From NCBI RefSeq assembly GCF_003334815.1, contig NZ_QOWO01000011.1: DNA of 64,000 nt. One strand, 5' to 3'. Each line of letters starts with the position of its first letter. Positions within the stretch are counted from its first letter, which is position 1. Origin of the DNA: Escherichia coli. GTDB lineage: Bacteria; Pseudomonadota; Gammaproteobacteria; Enterobacterales; Enterobacteriaceae. Below the pieces are notes generated by a model, which did no database searches, was not told where the DNA came from, and saw only the letters and a program-made list of their open reading frames with translations. Shown in pieces: positions 48,366 to 63,731 of the stretch. The position numbers were made by a program, and so were the translations under genes.

Positions 48366-48998
48366 TTAACGAGTGCCGTAAACGACGATGGTTTTACCGT
48401 GTGCGGAGATCAGGTTCTGATCTTCCAGCATCTTCAGAATGCGTCCCACGGTTTCACGAGAACAGCCGACAATCTGACCAATTTCCTGACGGGTAATTTT
48501 GATTTGCATACCGTCCGGGTGAGTCATAGCGTCTGGTTGTTTTGCCAGATTCAGCAGAGTCTGTGCAATGCGGCCCGTCACGTCGAGGAACGCCAGGTTG
48601 CCCACTTTCTCTGAAGTGACTTGCAGACGACGCGCCATCTGTGCAGACAAACGCATCAGAATGTCCGGGTTTACCTGAATCAATTGGCGAAATTTTTTGT
48701 ACGAAATTTCAGCCACTTCACAGGCGGTTTTCGCACGTACCCATGCGCTACGTTCCTGGCCCTCTTCAAACAGGCCCAGTTCGCCAATAAAATCACCCTG
48801 ATTCAGATAGGAGAGGATCATTTCTTTACCCTCTTCGTCTTTGATCAGCACTGCCACAGAGCCTTTAACGATGTAGTACAGCGTTTCCGCTTTTTCACCC
48901 TGGTGAATAAGCGTGCTCTTGGATGGGTACTTATGAATGTGGCAATGAGACAAGAACCATTCGAGAGTCGGGTCTGTTTGCGGTTTGCCAAGCACCAT
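48366..48998 (-). CDS. crp: cAMP receptor protein (catabolite activator), 210 aa
   Basis: ORF track; recognised as CRP; [14 protein letters not shown]. Confidence 0.98.
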
Positions 48999-49112
48999 GC
49001 GCGGTTATCCTCTGTTATAAGCTTTCTCCAGAGCCAGATAACGCCGCTGTCTCTGGATTGCCGAAATATGCTTCCCGCTACCTGGGAAGGGGCTATCAAC
49101 TGTACTGCACGG

Positions 49113-49134
49113 TAATGTGACGTCCTTTGCATAC
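49113..49134. promoter_or_regulatory. Candidate CRP site in the crp promoter/leader region
   Basis: aaTGTGAcgtcctttgCAtaca: good left half-site, weaker right half. Confidence 0.35.
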
Positions 49135-49299
49135 ATGCAGTACATCAATGTATTACTGTAGCATCCTGACTGTTTTAGCATAGCTTTCGCTTGGTGTCTC
49201 CTGGTGTCTCGCTTCAGCATGACCCAGGTCGCCTTCCGTTGCGCGATTTGGTTAGTACGCGTACTCTGTCAGGAAAATTGACGCAGTGGAGTAGCAAAA

Positions 49300-49704
49300 A
49301 TGCAAGCGCGAGTGAAGTGGGTCGAAGGGTTAACTTTTCTGGGCGAATCCGCCTCTGGTCATCAGATTTTAATGGACGGCAACTCAGGCGATAAAGCACC
49401 AAGTCCGATGGAAATGGTGTTGATGGCGGCGGGTGGTTGCAGTGCCATCGATGTGGTTTCGATCCTGCAAAAAGGGCGTCAGGATGTGGTCGATTGTGAA
49501 GTAAAATTGACCTCTGAACGCCGCGAAGAGGCACCACGCCTGTTTACGCACATTAATCTGCATTTTATCGTCACCGGTCGCGACCTGAAAGACGCAGCGG
49601 TTGCGCGTGCGGTTGATCTCTCTGCCGAGAAATATTGTTCAGTGGCGTTGATGCTGGAAAAAGCGGTGAATATTACTCACTCGTATGAAGTGGTTGCCGC
49701 GTGA
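49300..49704 (+). CDS. yhfA: OsmC-family protein YhfA, 134 aa
   Basis: ORF track; recognised as YhfA. Confidence 0.9.
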   Translation: MQARVKWVEGLTFLGESASGHQILMDGNSGDKAPSPMEMVLMAAGGCSAIDVVSILQKGRQDVVDCEVKLTSERREEAPRLFTHINLHFIVTGRDLKDAAVARAVDLSAEKYCSVALMLEKAVNITHSYEVVAA

Positions 49705-49758
49705 CTTAACTATCCCGTTGTGAAGCCGGATAGTATTTTATCCGGCGTAATAGCAGAG

Positions 49759-50628
49759 TTACTCGATTTTCTTTCCTTCCATCAATCGTTGCACCAGCGG
49801 CAGCATAATTAATTCCATTGCCAGACCCATTTTGCCGCCCGGTACCACTAACGTATTGATGTGGGAAATGAATGAGCCTTGCAACATCGCCAGCAGCCAG
49901 GGGAAATCGATCCCTTCCAGATTACGAAAATGGATCACCACAAAGCTTTCATCGAGCGACGGGATACCTTTTGCCGCGAACGGGTTTGAAGTGTCGACGG
50001 TGGGAACGCGCTGGAAGTTAAGATGGGTGCGGGAAAACTGCGGTGTGATGTAGTTGATATAGTCTTCCATTGAACGCACTACTGAGTCCATCACTGCTTC
50101 TCGTGAGTGCCCGCGCTCGCTGGTGTCGCGGATCAGTTTTTGAATCCACTCAAGGTTAACGATAGGCACCACGCCGACCAGTAAGTCCACATGCTGCGCA
50201 ACGTTATGCTGTGGCGTGACTACGCCGCCGTGTAAACCTTCATAAAACAGTACATCAGTGGGTTCCGGTAAAGGTTGCCAGGGGGTGAATGTCCCCGGTA
50301 CCTGATTCCACGGTACGGCTTCGTCGTAGGTATGCAGATATTTGCGAGATTTCCCTTTGCCGCTCTGACCGTATTCAATGAAGGTTTGTTCCAGCAGGCC
50401 GAAGTCGTTAGCCTCGGGGCCGAAGTAGCTGATATGCCGCCCGGCGTCGCGCGCTTTGCGGATCGCCATGTCCATTTCCGGGCGGGTGTAACGGTGAAAA
50501 CTGTCGCCTTCCACCTCAGCTGCATGCAGATTTAACTGCGCGAATATTTTACGAAACGCGAGGCTGGTGGTGGTGGTCCCCGCGCCGCTGGATCCTGTTA
50601 CCGCAATGACCGGATGTTTGGCAGACAT
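49759..50628 (-). CDS. prkB: Phosphoribulokinase homologue, 289 aa
   Basis: ORF track; P-loop VTGSSGAGTTT. Confidence 0.92.
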   Translation of the reverse strand: MSAKHPVIAVTGSSGAGTTTTSLAFRKIFAQLNLHAAEVEGDSFHRYTRPEMDMAIRKARDAGRHISYFGPEANDFGLLEQTFIEYGQSGKGKSRKYLHTYDEAVPWNQVPGTFTPWQPLPEPTDVLFYEGLHGGVVTPQHNVAQHVDLLVGVVPIVNLEWIQKLIRDTSERGHSREAVMDSVVRSMEDYINYITPQFSRTHLNFQRVPTVDTSNPFAAKGIPSLDESFVVIHFRNLEGIDFPWLLAMLQGSFISHINTLVVPGGKMGLAMELIMLPLVQRLMEGKKIE

Positions 50629-50681
50629 AGTAACTCCATGACTTAGCTATCATTATTATCTCGTCCGCCGACGGTTGCAGG

Positions 50682-50900
50682 TTATTCGCGAAACTGACTG
50701 CGCGGCATAATATTGACCGTTTCGTGCAGCTCCGACCATACCAGCACCGCTTCTCCGCACTGTAGCTGGCGTTTGACGTCGGCGACTTTCTGTTCAAGTG
50801 TACGCTCATGTTCACCATAATCGGTGCCTTCACGTAACACAAAGCTTTCAATTAAATTTTCCAGCGTTTCGGGGGAGAGGTCTTGCCACGGAATCAACAT
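50682..50900 (-). CDS. yheU: Small protein YheU (UPF0270), 72 aa
   Basis: ORF track; overlaps yheT 3' end. Confidence 0.88.
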
Positions 50901-51916
50901 GATTTCGCCTCCAGATACGTTGTTAACCAGTCAGGAATGCGTGACTCCAGCCACATTTGCGGATGAAGTAATGTACCGCCAATAAAGCCAACATGACCGC
51001 CATGTTCAGTCAGTTGATACTCCACCTGCGGGGGGAGACTTTCCGGTTTCGGGATCACCTGATGATCCATAAACGGATCGTCTTTGGCGTGAATAATCAG
51101 CGTCGGTTTGGCGATCCGGTTCAGCATCGGCATGGCGCTACACTGACGATAATAGTCGATAGCGTCGGCGTAGCCGTGAATTCTGGCGGTGATGAGATCG
51201 TCAAATTCACGGATGCGACGTACCGATTTTAACTGCGCGAGATTAATCGGCAGCGTTCCGGGGTAGGCTGCCAGCTTGCGCGCGGCATTGGCTTTTAACA
51301 GGTTCAGCAAGTAACGCTGATAAACGCGGGAAAAGCCCTTTTCCATATGATAGCTACAGGCTTCCAGCATAAACGGCGCAGAGACAATCACCGCCGCATC
51401 AACCGGGAGATCATTGCCTTCCTTTGCCAGCAAACAGGCCAGCATATTACCGCCGAGCGAATAGCCGACGGCAGCCGTTGGCGCATGACCAAATTCGCGT
51501 TGCAGCCAGCGTAAAAACCAACTGGCGTCTTCGGTTTCGCCCGAATGGTAAATGCGGTGCATACGGTTTGGTTCACCGCTGCATCCGCGAAAATGCATCA
51601 CCACGCCCAGCCAGCCGCGCTTTTGCGCCGCCTCAACCAGACCGTGGGCGTAAGGGCTGTTGAGACTGCCTTCCAGCCCGTGAAACACCACCAGACGAGG
51701 TTTATGTTGCGCCTGTGCAGGGTTTTCACTCCACGCAAGATCGACAAAATCGCCGTCGGGCAACTCCAGCCGCTGCCAGTACGGGGTGAATTTCACCTGA
51801 CGACGAAACAGACGCGGCAGCATGGTTTGCAGATGACAATTGCTAAAGCCGCGCATGGGGATGAATTCAGCACTGCTGCTGAATTCATTGGCATCGGTCG
51901 TCGTTATCTGCGCCAT
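50894..51916 (-). CDS. yheT: Alpha/beta-hydrolase YheT, 340 aa
   Basis: ORF track; nucleophile-elbow-type GYSLGG motif. Confidence 0.9.
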
Positions 51917-53829
51917 CAGTTGCTTTGGCCTTCCAGCAGCATCTGCTCAAGCTGCTCCTGGGCTTCCAGCCATGCCATTTCGCACTCTTCCAGGCCGGAT
52001 TTGGCGCTGGCTTGCTGTTGCAGGCAGGCGGTCAACTCCGCTTTACGGCTCTGGTCATACAGTTCGCTGTCGCCGAGTTTCTCTTCCGCCTGCGCCAGTT
52101 GCGCGTTCAGCTTCTCCATCTCTTTTTCCAGACGGGCAATCTCTTTACGCAGTGGCTGGGTTTGCGCACGCAGCTCAGCTTCCCGACGCTTCTGATCTTT
52201 ACGTGCCTGGGCGCTGTTCGCATTCTCTTTTGGCGCTTCGTCGGTCTGGTTTTCCTGCTTTTGTACGTCGCTCAACCACTGTTGATAATCTTCCAGATCG
52301 CCGTCGAACGGTTCGACTTTACGATCGTGAACCAGGTAGAGATCGTCAGTGGTGGAACGCAGCAAATGACGGTCGTGCGAAACGACAACCAGCGCGCCTT
52401 CAAACTCGATTAATGCTTCGGTGAGTGCCTGACGCATGTCGAGGTCAAGGTGGTTAGTCGGTTCGTCGAGCAGCAGCAGATTCGGCCGCTGCCAGACAAT
52501 TAATGCCAGCACCAGGCGGGCTTTTTCCCCACCGGAGAAGCGGCGCGTTTCTTCGGTTACTTTATCGCCCTGGAAACCAAAGCCGCCGAGGTAGTCACGC
52601 AGTTTTTGTTCCAGCTCCTGCGGCGCTAAACGTGCCAGATGTTGAATAGGTGATTCGTCGGCGCGCAGGTATTCAAGTTGATGCTGGGCGAAGTAGCCGA
52701 GTTTGATCCCTTTCGCCAGACCAATTTCACCGCTGACTGGCGCAAGTTCACCGGCTAACAGTTTGATTAATGTCGATTTACCCGCGCCATTGCGGCCTAA
52801 CAGACCAATACGCGAGCCGGGCACCAGGTTCAGTTTAATCGAGTCGAGAATAATGCGATCGCCATAGCCCGCGCTGACTTTTTCCATCTTCAGTAACGGA
52901 TTTGGCAGGCTTTCCGGCGCGCGGAAGCTAAAGCGGAACGGGTTGTCGACGTGCGCGGGGGCAATTAGCTCCATACGCTCGAGCATCTTAATGCGGCTCT
53001 GGGCCTGCTTCGCTTTGGTGGCTTTGGCACGGAAACGGTCGATATAACTTTGCAGATGCGCTACGCGTTCCTGCTGGCTTTCGTACATCGCTTGTTGCTG
53101 CGCCAGACGGGTGGCGCGCTGTACTTCAAACGAACTGTAGTTGCCGGTGTACTCGAACATGCTTTGTTGTTCGATATGAATAATTTTATCGACGATCGGA
53201 TCGAGGAAGTCGCGGTCGTGAGAGATCAGGATCAGCGTGCCCTGATAGCTCTTCAGCCATTTTTCCAGCCAGATAACGGCATCGAGATCGAGGTGGTTAG
53301 TCGGTTCGTCGAGCAGCAGCAAGTCTGAACGGCAAATCAGCGCCTGGGCAAGGTTAAGACGCATACGCCAGCCCCCGGAAAAATCACTTACCGGGCGCTC
53401 CAGTTGTTCATTGCTGAAACCGAGGCCGTGCAGCAGGCTGGCAGCACGGGAGCGAATACTCCATGCGTCAATAGCATCCAGCTTGCCATGAATGGTCGCA
53501 ATGGCGTGCCCGTCGTTACGTTCGTTGGCGTCGTGTAGCTGCGCTTCTAGTTGACGATATTCACGGTCGCCGTCAATGACATATTCCAGCGCCGCTTGCG
53601 GTAACGCCGGCGTTTCCTGATTCACCCACGCCAGTTGCCAGCTTCCCGGAAAGGTGTAGCTGCCGCCGTCGGCGCTGATTTCATTTTTCAGCAATGCCAG
53701 CAGGGTAGATTTACCACAGCCGTTTTTACCCACCAGGCCGACTTTCTGCCCAGGGTTGATGGTGGCGGTGGCATTATCCAGCAGGACGCGCACGCCGCGA
53801 CGAATTTGTAACGAGGAGAAAACAATCAT
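51916..53829 (-). CDS. yheS: ABC-F family ATPase YheS (two ABC cassettes, no TM domain), 637 aa
   Basis: ORF track; two Walker A motifs (GKNGCGKST, GRNGAGKST) and two LSGG-type signatures; charged C-terminal coiled-coil tail. Confidence 0.95.
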   Translation of the reverse strand: MIVFSSLQIRRGVRVLLDNATATINPGQKVGLVGKNGCGKSTLLALLKNEISADGGSYTFPGSWQLAWVNQETPALPQAALEYVIDGDREYRQLEAQLHDANERNDGHAIATIHGKLDAIDAWSIRSRAASLLHGLGFSNEQLERPVSDFSGGWRMRLNLAQALICRSDLLLLDEPTNHLDLDAVIWLEKWLKSYQGTLILISHDRDFLDPIVDKIIHIEQQSMFEYTGNYSSFEVQRATRLAQQQAMYESQQERVAHLQSYIDRFRAKATKAKQAQSRIKMLERMELIAPAHVDNPFRFSFRAPESLPNPLLKMEKVSAGYGDRIILDSIKLNLVPGSRIGLLGRNGAGKSTLIKLLAGELAPVSGEIGLAKGIKLGYFAQHQLEYLRADESPIQHLARLAPQELEQKLRDYLGGFGFQGDKVTEETRRFSGGEKARLVLALIVWQRPNLLLLDEPTNHLDLDMRQALTEALIEFEGALVVVSHDRHLLRSTTDDLYLVHDRKVEPFDGDLEDYQQWLSDVQKQENQTDEAPKENANSAQARKDQKRREAELRAQTQPLRKEIARLEKEMEKLNAQLAQAEEKLGDSELYDQSRKAELTACLQQQASAKSGLEECEMAWLEAQEQLEQMLLEGQSN

Positions 53830-53956
53830 AAGGTGCCGTATGTTCAGACTATGTTAACTTATCATTATGATAATGTAATGTATGGGCGAGCTGCCGCACC
53901 GGGCGCAATGGTAGCCCAAAACAGCGACTATACACAAAAACCATACCGGGAGGGGG

Positions 53957-54511
53957 ATGATGTCTCAGCCAGCGAAAGTTTTGCTGCTGTATGCCCATCC
54001 GGAATCTCAGGACTCGGTGGCAAACCGGGTACTGCTTAAACCGGCCACGCAGCTCAGCAATGTTACCGTGCACGACCTTTACGCGCACTATCCCGATTTT
54101 TTTATTGATATCCCCCGTGAGCAGGCATTACTGCGCGAGCACGAGGTGATTGTCTTTCAGCATCCTCTTTATACCTATAGCTGCCCGGCGCTACTGAAAG
54201 AGTGGCTGGACCGGGTATTAAGTCGTGGTTTTGCCAGCGGGCCGGGAGGAAACCAACTGGCGGGAAAGTACTGGCGTAGCGTGATTACCACCGGCGAGCC
54301 GGAAAGTGCTTACCGTTATGACGCGCTGAATCGCTACCCGATGAGCGATGTGCTGCGCCCCTTTGAACTGGCGGCGGGCATGTGCCGGATGCATTGGTTA
54401 AGTCCCATCATTATTTACTGGGCGAGACGGCAAAGCGCACAGGAGCTGGCGAGCCACGCCAGAGCCTACGGTGACTGGCTGGCAAATCCGCTGTCTCCAG
54501 GAGGCCGCTGA
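53957..54511 (+). CDS. kefG: KefB ancillary protein KefG (NAD(P)H quinone oxidoreductase-like), 184 aa
   Basis: ORF track; stop overlaps kefB start (TGATGG). Confidence 0.93.
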
Positions 54512-56316
54512 TGGAAGGTTCCGATTTTTTACTCGCAGGAGTGCTGTTTCTCTTCGCGGCGGTGGCTGCGGTGCCGCTGGCATCGCGGCTGGGTATTGGC
54601 GCTGTGTTGGGATATTTGCTGGCAGGGATTGCAATTGGCCCGTGGGGGCTGGGGTTTATTAGCGACGTCGATGAGATCCTCCACTTTTCGGAACTCGGCG
54701 TGGTATTCCTGATGTTTATCATCGGCCTTGAGTTGAATCCCTCCAAACTTTGGCAACTGCGGCGTTCGATTTTTGGCGTAGGCGCGGCACAGGTGCTGTT
54801 AAGCGCGGCGTTGCTGGCGGGATTATTGATGCTGACGGATTTCGCCTGGCAGGCGGCGGTGGTCGGTGGCATTGGCCTTGCGATGTCTTCAACTGCAATG
54901 GCGTTGCAATTGATGCGTGAGAAAGGGATGAATCGCAGCGAATCCGGCCAGCTCGGGTTTTCGGTTCTGCTGTTTCAGGATCTGGCAGTAATCCCAGCAC
55001 TGGCGTTAGTGCCGTTGTTGGCGGGGTCGGCAGACGAACATTTCGACTGGATGAAGGTCGGCATGAAGGTGCTGGCGTTTGTCGGCATGCTGATTGGTGG
55101 GCGCTATTTACTGCGTCCGGTATTCCGCTTTATTGCAGCTTCTGGCGTGCGGGAAGTGTTCACCGCCGCGACGCTGCTGCTGGTGTTGGGTTCCGCATTG
55201 TTTATGGATGCGCTGGGGCTGTCGATGGCGCTCGGTACATTTATTGCGGGCGTGCTGCTGGCGGAAAGTGAATATCGCCATGAACTGGAAACGGCTATCG
55301 ATCCCTTCAAAGGCTTGCTGCTCGGTTTGTTCTTTATCTCTGTCGGCATGTCACTCAACCTCGGGGTGCTTTATACCCATCTGTTGTGGGTAGTGATAAG
55401 CGTGGTTGTGCTGGTGGCGGTGAAAATTCTCGTGCTGTATCTGCTGGCGCGATTGTATGGCGTGCGTAGCTCAGAGCGGATGCAGTTTGCTGGCGTGTTG
55501 AGTCAGGGTGGTGAGTTTGCCTTTGTCCTCTTTTCTACCGCTTCTTCACAACGCTTATTCCAGGGCGACCAGATGGCGTTGTTGCTGGTGACGGTGACGC
55601 TTTCCATGATGACCACGCCGTTGCTGATGAAGCTGGTGGATAAATGGCTATCCCGCCAGTTTAACGGACCGGAAGAAGAAGACGAAAAACCGTGGGTCAA
55701 CGATGATAAACCCCAGGTCATTGTCGTGGGCTTCGGGCGTTTTGGTCAGGTGATTGGTCGTTTGCTGATGGCAAATAAAATGCGCATTACCGTGCTGGAG
55801 CGGGATATCAGCGCCGTTAACCTGATGCGTAAATACGGCTACAAAGTTTATTACGGCGACGCCACGCAGGTCGATCTTTTACGTTCTGCGGGTGCAGAGG
55901 CCGCTGAGTCTATCGTCATTACCTGTAACGAGCCGGAAGACACCATGAAGCTGGTGGAAATATGCCAACAGCACTTTCCGCATTTGCATATTCTTGCGCG
56001 AGCGCGCGGACGTGTGGAAGCGCATGAGTTATTACAGGCAGGGGTGACGCAGTTTTCCCGTGAAACATTCTCCAGTGCGTTAGAGCTGGGGCGCAAGACG
56101 CTGGTCACGCTTGGCATGCATCCGCATCAGGCACAGCGAGCGCAACTGCATTTTCGCCGCCTGGATATGCGGATGCTGCGAGAGCTCATCCCAATGCATG
56201 CCGATACCGTACAAATTTCTCGCGCCAGGGAAGCCCGACGCGAACTGGAAGAGATTTTCCAGCGTGAAATGCAACAAGAACGACGCCAGCTGGACGGCTG
56301 GGATGAATTTGAGTAG
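54511..56316 (+). CDS. kefB: Glutathione-gated K+ efflux system KefB, 601 aa
   Basis: ORF track; CPA2 membrane domain plus C-terminal KTN/RCK Rossmann ([11 protein letters not shown]). Confidence 0.96.
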   Translation: MEGSDFLLAGVLFLFAAVAAVPLASRLGIGAVLGYLLAGIAIGPWGLGFISDVDEILHFSELGVVFLMFIIGLELNPSKLWQLRRSIFGVGAAQVLLSAALLAGLLMLTDFAWQAAVVGGIGLAMSSTAMALQLMREKGMNRSESGQLGFSVLLFQDLAVIPALALVPLLAGSADEHFDWMKVGMKVLAFVGMLIGGRYLLRPVFRFIAASGVREVFTAATLLLVLGSALFMDALGLSMALGTFIAGVLLAESEYRHELETAIDPFKGLLLGLFFISVGMSLNLGVLYTHLLWVVISVVVLVAVKILVLYLLARLYGVRSSERMQFAGVLSQGGEFAFVLFSTASSQRLFQGDQMALLLVTVTLSMMTTPLLMKLVDKWLSRQFNGPEEEDEKPWVNDDKPQVIVVGFGRFGQVIGRLLMANKMRITVLERDISAVNLMRKYGYKVYYGDATQVDLLRSAGAEAAESIVITCNEPEDTMKLVEICQQHFPHLHILARARGRVEAHELLQAGVTQFSRETFSSALELGRKTLVTLGMHPHQAQRAQLHFRRLDMRMLRELIPMHADTVQISRAREARRELEEIFQREMQQERRQLDGWDEFE

Positions 56317-56325
56317 AGGGTAAAG

Positions 56326-56526
56326 ATGGCAATCCGAAAACGTTTTATTGCGGGCGCAAAATGCCCGGCCTGTCAGGCGCAGGATTCAATGGCGATGTGG
56401 CGCGAAAATAATATTGATATTGTTGAATGTGTTAAGTGCGGACATCAGATGCGAGAAGCAGACAAAGAAGCCCGCGATCACGTTCGCAAAGATGAGCAAG
56501 TGATCGGGATTTTTCATCCGGACTAG
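56326..56526 (+). CDS. yheV: Small zinc-ribbon-like protein YheV, 66 aa
   Basis: ORF track; CPAC...CVKCGH Cys pairs. Confidence 0.85.
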   Translation: MAIRKRFIAGAKCPACQAQDSMAMWRENNIDIVECVKCGHQMREADKEARDHVRKDEQVIGIFHPD

Positions 56527-56620
56527 CGATATGCGCCGAGTTTTTTTAAGCTAGTGAGTACACGGCTGCAGAATTCCGCTACAATCTGCGCCACTATTCT
56601 TCCCATGCTCAGGAGATATC

Positions 56621-57211
56621 ATGAAAGTAGCAAAAGACCTGGTGGTCAGCCTGGCCTATCAGGTACGTACAGAAGACGGTGTGTTGGTTGATGAGTCTCC
56701 GGTGAGTGCGCCGCTGGACTACCTGCATGGTCACGGTTCCCTGATCTCTGGCCTGGAAACGGCGCTGGAAGGTCATGAAGTTGGCGACAAATTTGATGTC
56801 GCTGTTGGCGCGAACGACGCTTACGGTCAGTACGACGAAAACCTGGTGCAACGTGTTCCTAAAGACGTATTTATGGGCGTTGATGAACTGCAGGTAGGTA
56901 TGCGTTTCCTGGCTGAAACCGACCAGGGTCCGGTACCGGTTGAAATCACTGCGGTTGAAGACGATCACGTCGTGGTTGATGGTAACCACATGCTGGCCGG
57001 TCAGAACCTGAAATTCAACGTTGAAGTTGTGGCGATTCGCGAAGCGACTGAAGAAGAACTGGCTCATGGTCACGTTCACGGCGCGCACGATCACCACCAC
57101 GATCACGACCACGACGGTTGCTGCGGCGGTCATGGCCACGATCACGGTCATGAACACGGTGGCGAAGGCTGCTGTGGCGGTAAAGGCAACGGCGGTTGCG
57201 GTTGCCACTAA
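56621..57211 (+). CDS. slyD: FKBP-type peptidyl-prolyl isomerase / metallochaperone SlyD, 196 aa
   Basis: ORF track; FKBP domain plus His/Cys/Gly/Asp-rich C-terminal metal-binding tail. Confidence 0.96.
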   Translation: MKVAKDLVVSLAYQVRTEDGVLVDESPVSAPLDYLHGHGSLISGLETALEGHEVGDKFDVAVGANDAYGQYDENLVQRVPKDVFMGVDELQVGMRFLAETDQGPVPVEITAVEDDHVVVDGNHMLAGQNLKFNVEVVAIREATEEELAHGHVHGAHDHHHDHDHDGCCGGHGHDHGHEHGGEGCCGGKGNGGCGCH

Positions 57212-57228
57212 TACCGAAAAAGTGACAA

Positions 57229-57256
57229 AAAAGCGGGGAATCCCCGCTTTTTTTAC
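57229..57256. terminator. Bidirectional intrinsic terminator between convergent slyD and slyX
   Basis: aaaaaa-GCGGGGAatCCCCGC-ttttttt: perfect GC stem flanked by an A-run and a T-run. Confidence 0.8.
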
Positions 57257-57259
57257 GCC

Positions 57260-57478
57260 TCAATAATGTGGCGGTGGCGTTTCTTCAGCCTGCGACGCGA
57301 TGTTCGACGGCTGGCTGGCTTTTAACTTCTCGGTCAGCAGACGCAGATGATCGCGCAGTTTCGCCATCTCCATTTCATGAGCGGTCACCGTGACGTTCAG
57401 TTCTTCAATGGTGATTTCCTGAAAAGCCAGTCGGCTCTCCAGCTCTGCCAGGCGTGCTTCCAATGATAAATCCTGCAT
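57260..57478 (-). CDS. slyX: SlyX protein, 72 aa
   Basis: ORF track; coiled-coil-like small protein recognised as SlyX. Confidence 0.9.
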
Positions 57479-57558
57479 GATTCACCTCTTTTGTCGAATG
57501 GTCGCCGCGGATTCTACTTAACTTTGCTGCCCGAGACAGCACTCATTTCGCGGTCATC

Positions 57559-57586
57559 GAAACTAATTTAAACAAAAAGAGTCTGA
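57559..57586 (+). promoter_or_regulatory. Candidate sigma-E promoter upstream of fkpA
   Basis: GAAACT (57559-57564), 17-nt spacer, TCTGA (57582-57586), resembling sigma-E -35/-10 elements; fkpA is a known sigma-E regulon member. Confidence 0.35.
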
Positions 57587-57698
57587 AAATAGATGATAAT
57601 AGGGCGTGTCTGTATGTAGATTTGTTCGACAACGCTTTATAGTACCCTTCTGATAATAGTTAACCCTGGGGTGAGATGCCCCGATCCTGGAGATATGG

Positions 57699-58511
57699 AT
57701 GAAATCACTGTTTAAAGTAACGCTGCTGGCGACCACAATGGCCGTTGCCCTGCATGCACCAATCACTTTTGCTGCTGAAGCTGCAAAACCTGCTACAGCT
57801 GCTGACAGCAAAGCAGCGTTCAAAAATGACGATCAGAAATCAGCTTATGCACTGGGTGCCTCGCTGGGTCGTTACATGGAAAACTCTCTAAAAGAACAAG
57901 AAAAACTGGGCATCAAACTGGATAAAGATCAGCTGATCGCTGGTGTTCAGGATGCATTTGCTGATAAGAGCAAACTCTCCGACCAAGAGATCGAACAGAC
58001 TCTACAAGCATTCGAAGCTCGCGTGAAGTCTTCTGCTCAGGCGAAGATGGAAAAAGACGCGGCTGATAACGAAGCAAAAGGTAAAGAGTACCGCGAGAAA
58101 TTTGCCAAAGAGAAAGGTGTGAAAACCTCTTCAACTGGTCTGGTTTATCAGGTAGTAGAAGCCGGTAAAGGCGAAGCACCGAAAGACAGCGATACTGTTG
58201 TAGTGAACTACAAAGGTACGCTGATCGACGGTAAAGAGTTCGACAACTCTTACACCCGTGGTGAACCGCTTTCTTTCCGTCTGGACGGTGTTATCCCGGG
58301 TTGGACAGAAGGTCTGAAGAACATCAAGAAAGGCGGTAAGATCAAACTGGTTATTCCACCAGAACTGGCTTACGGCAAAGCGGGTGTTCCGGGGATCCCA
58401 CCGAATTCTACCCTGGTGTTTGACGTAGAGCTGCTGGATGTGAAACCAGCGCCGAAGGCTGATGCAAAGCCGGAAGCTGATGCGAAAGCCGCAGATTCTG
58501 CTAAAAAATAA
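57699..58511 (+). CDS. fkpA: Periplasmic FKBP-type peptidyl-prolyl isomerase FkpA, 270 aa
   Basis: ORF track; signal peptide, dimerisation helices, C-terminal FKBP domain. Confidence 0.96.
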   Translation: MKSLFKVTLLATTMAVALHAPITFAAEAAKPATAADSKAAFKNDDQKSAYALGASLGRYMENSLKEQEKLGIKLDKDQLIAGVQDAFADKSKLSDQEIEQTLQAFEARVKSSAQAKMEKDAADNEAKGKEYREKFAKEKGVKTSSTGLVYQVVEAGKGEAPKDSDTVVVNYKGTLIDGKEFDNSYTRGEPLSFRLDGVIPGWTEGLKNIKKGGKIKLVIPPELAYGKAGVPGIPPNSTLVFDVELLDVKPAPKADAKPEADAKAADSAKK

Positions 58512-58520
58512 GCATTAAGA

Positions 58521-58551
58521 ACCGCCGCCTGACCAGGCGGCGGTTTTTTTA
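58521..58551 (+). terminator. fkpA intrinsic terminator
   Basis: ACCGCCGCCtgaccaGGCGGCGGT followed by TTTTTTT. Confidence 0.85.
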
Positions 58552-58677
58552 TTACAGGCCGGATATAATTAGTGCTGGAAAGCGGAACCTCCGCTGTATT
58601 AATTTAGTTACCCGCATCATTAATGAGCCTGCCCTGAAAAGTTAACGACAGGCTCCTGAAAAGGAGTGTTTTTTTTC

Positions 58678-59785
<1,108 letters not shown>

Positions 59786-59786
<1 letters not shown>

Positions 59787-60145
59787 TGAAACGAATTGCG
59801 TTTGTTTTTTCTACTGCACCTCATGGTACAGCCGCAGGCCGGGAAGGTTTAGATGCTTTACTGGCAACTTCCGCATTAACTGACGATCTGGCTGTCTTCT
59901 TTATAGCTGATGGCGTTTTTCAGCTGCTGCCAGGACAAAAGCCCGATGCAGTGCTGGCGCGTGATTACATTGCCACTTTTAAATTGTTGGGTCTGTACGA
60001 CATTGAACAGTGCTGGGTTTGTGCGGCTTCACTGCGCGAACGCGGGTTAGATCCGCAGACACCCTTTGTTGTCGAAGCCACGCCGCTCGAAGCAGATGCC
60101 TTACGCCGCGAACTCGCCAACTACGATGTTATTTTGAGGTTTTGA
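59786..60145 (+). CDS. tusC: Sulfurtransferase complex subunit TusC (DsrF-like), 119 aa
   Basis: ORF track; start overlaps tusD stop. Confidence 0.94.
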
Positions 60146-60152
60146 GGCGTTT

Positions 60153-60440
60153 ATGCTGCACACATTACATCGCTCACCCTGGCTGACGGATTTTGCTGCG
60201 CTGCTGCGTCTGCTCAGTGAAGGAGACGAACTGCTATTATTGCAAGATGGCGTAACTGCCGCAGTTGACGGTAACCGCTACCTTGAAAGTCTGCGTAATG
60301 CCCCCATTAAGGTCTATGCCCTGAACGAAGACCTTATTGCCCGCGGTTTGACTGGTCAAATTTCGAACGACATCATTCTCATTGACTATACTGATTTCGT
60401 CAGACTTACGGTTAAGCACCCCAGCCAGATGGCCTGGTGA
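60153..60440 (+). CDS. tusB: Sulfurtransferase complex subunit TusB (DsrH-like), 95 aa
   Basis: ORF track. Confidence 0.93.
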   Translation: MLHTLHRSPWLTDFAALLRLLSEGDELLLLQDGVTAAVDGNRYLESLRNAPIKVYALNEDLIARGLTGQISNDIILIDYTDFVRLTVKHPSQMAW

Positions 60441-60462
60441 TGGCGGGATCGTTGTATATTTC

Positions 60463-60940
<478 letters not shown>

Positions 60941-61021
60941 TGGTTCTCCGTTAAGTAAGGCCAAACGTTTTAACTTAAATGTCAAACTAAACTCGTAGAG
61001 TTTTGGACAATCCTGAATTAA

Positions 61022-61507
<486 letters not shown>

Positions 61508-61591
61508 TCCCTTCGGAGTTTTAGTCACCAGGCGGGCGCTTCCAGTAAGCAGCCCGCTTTGGGCTACTTAAATTGAACGCCTAAAAGATAA

Positions 61592-63718
<2,127 letters not shown>

Positions 63719-63731
63719 GCCTAAGGGTTAA

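Noticed and set aside
56609-57208. 199-aa ORF antisense to slyD with long V/I/T/A runs
   Set aside because: It is the reverse complement of the slyD His/Asp/Gly-rich tail and FKBP domain; composition artefact.
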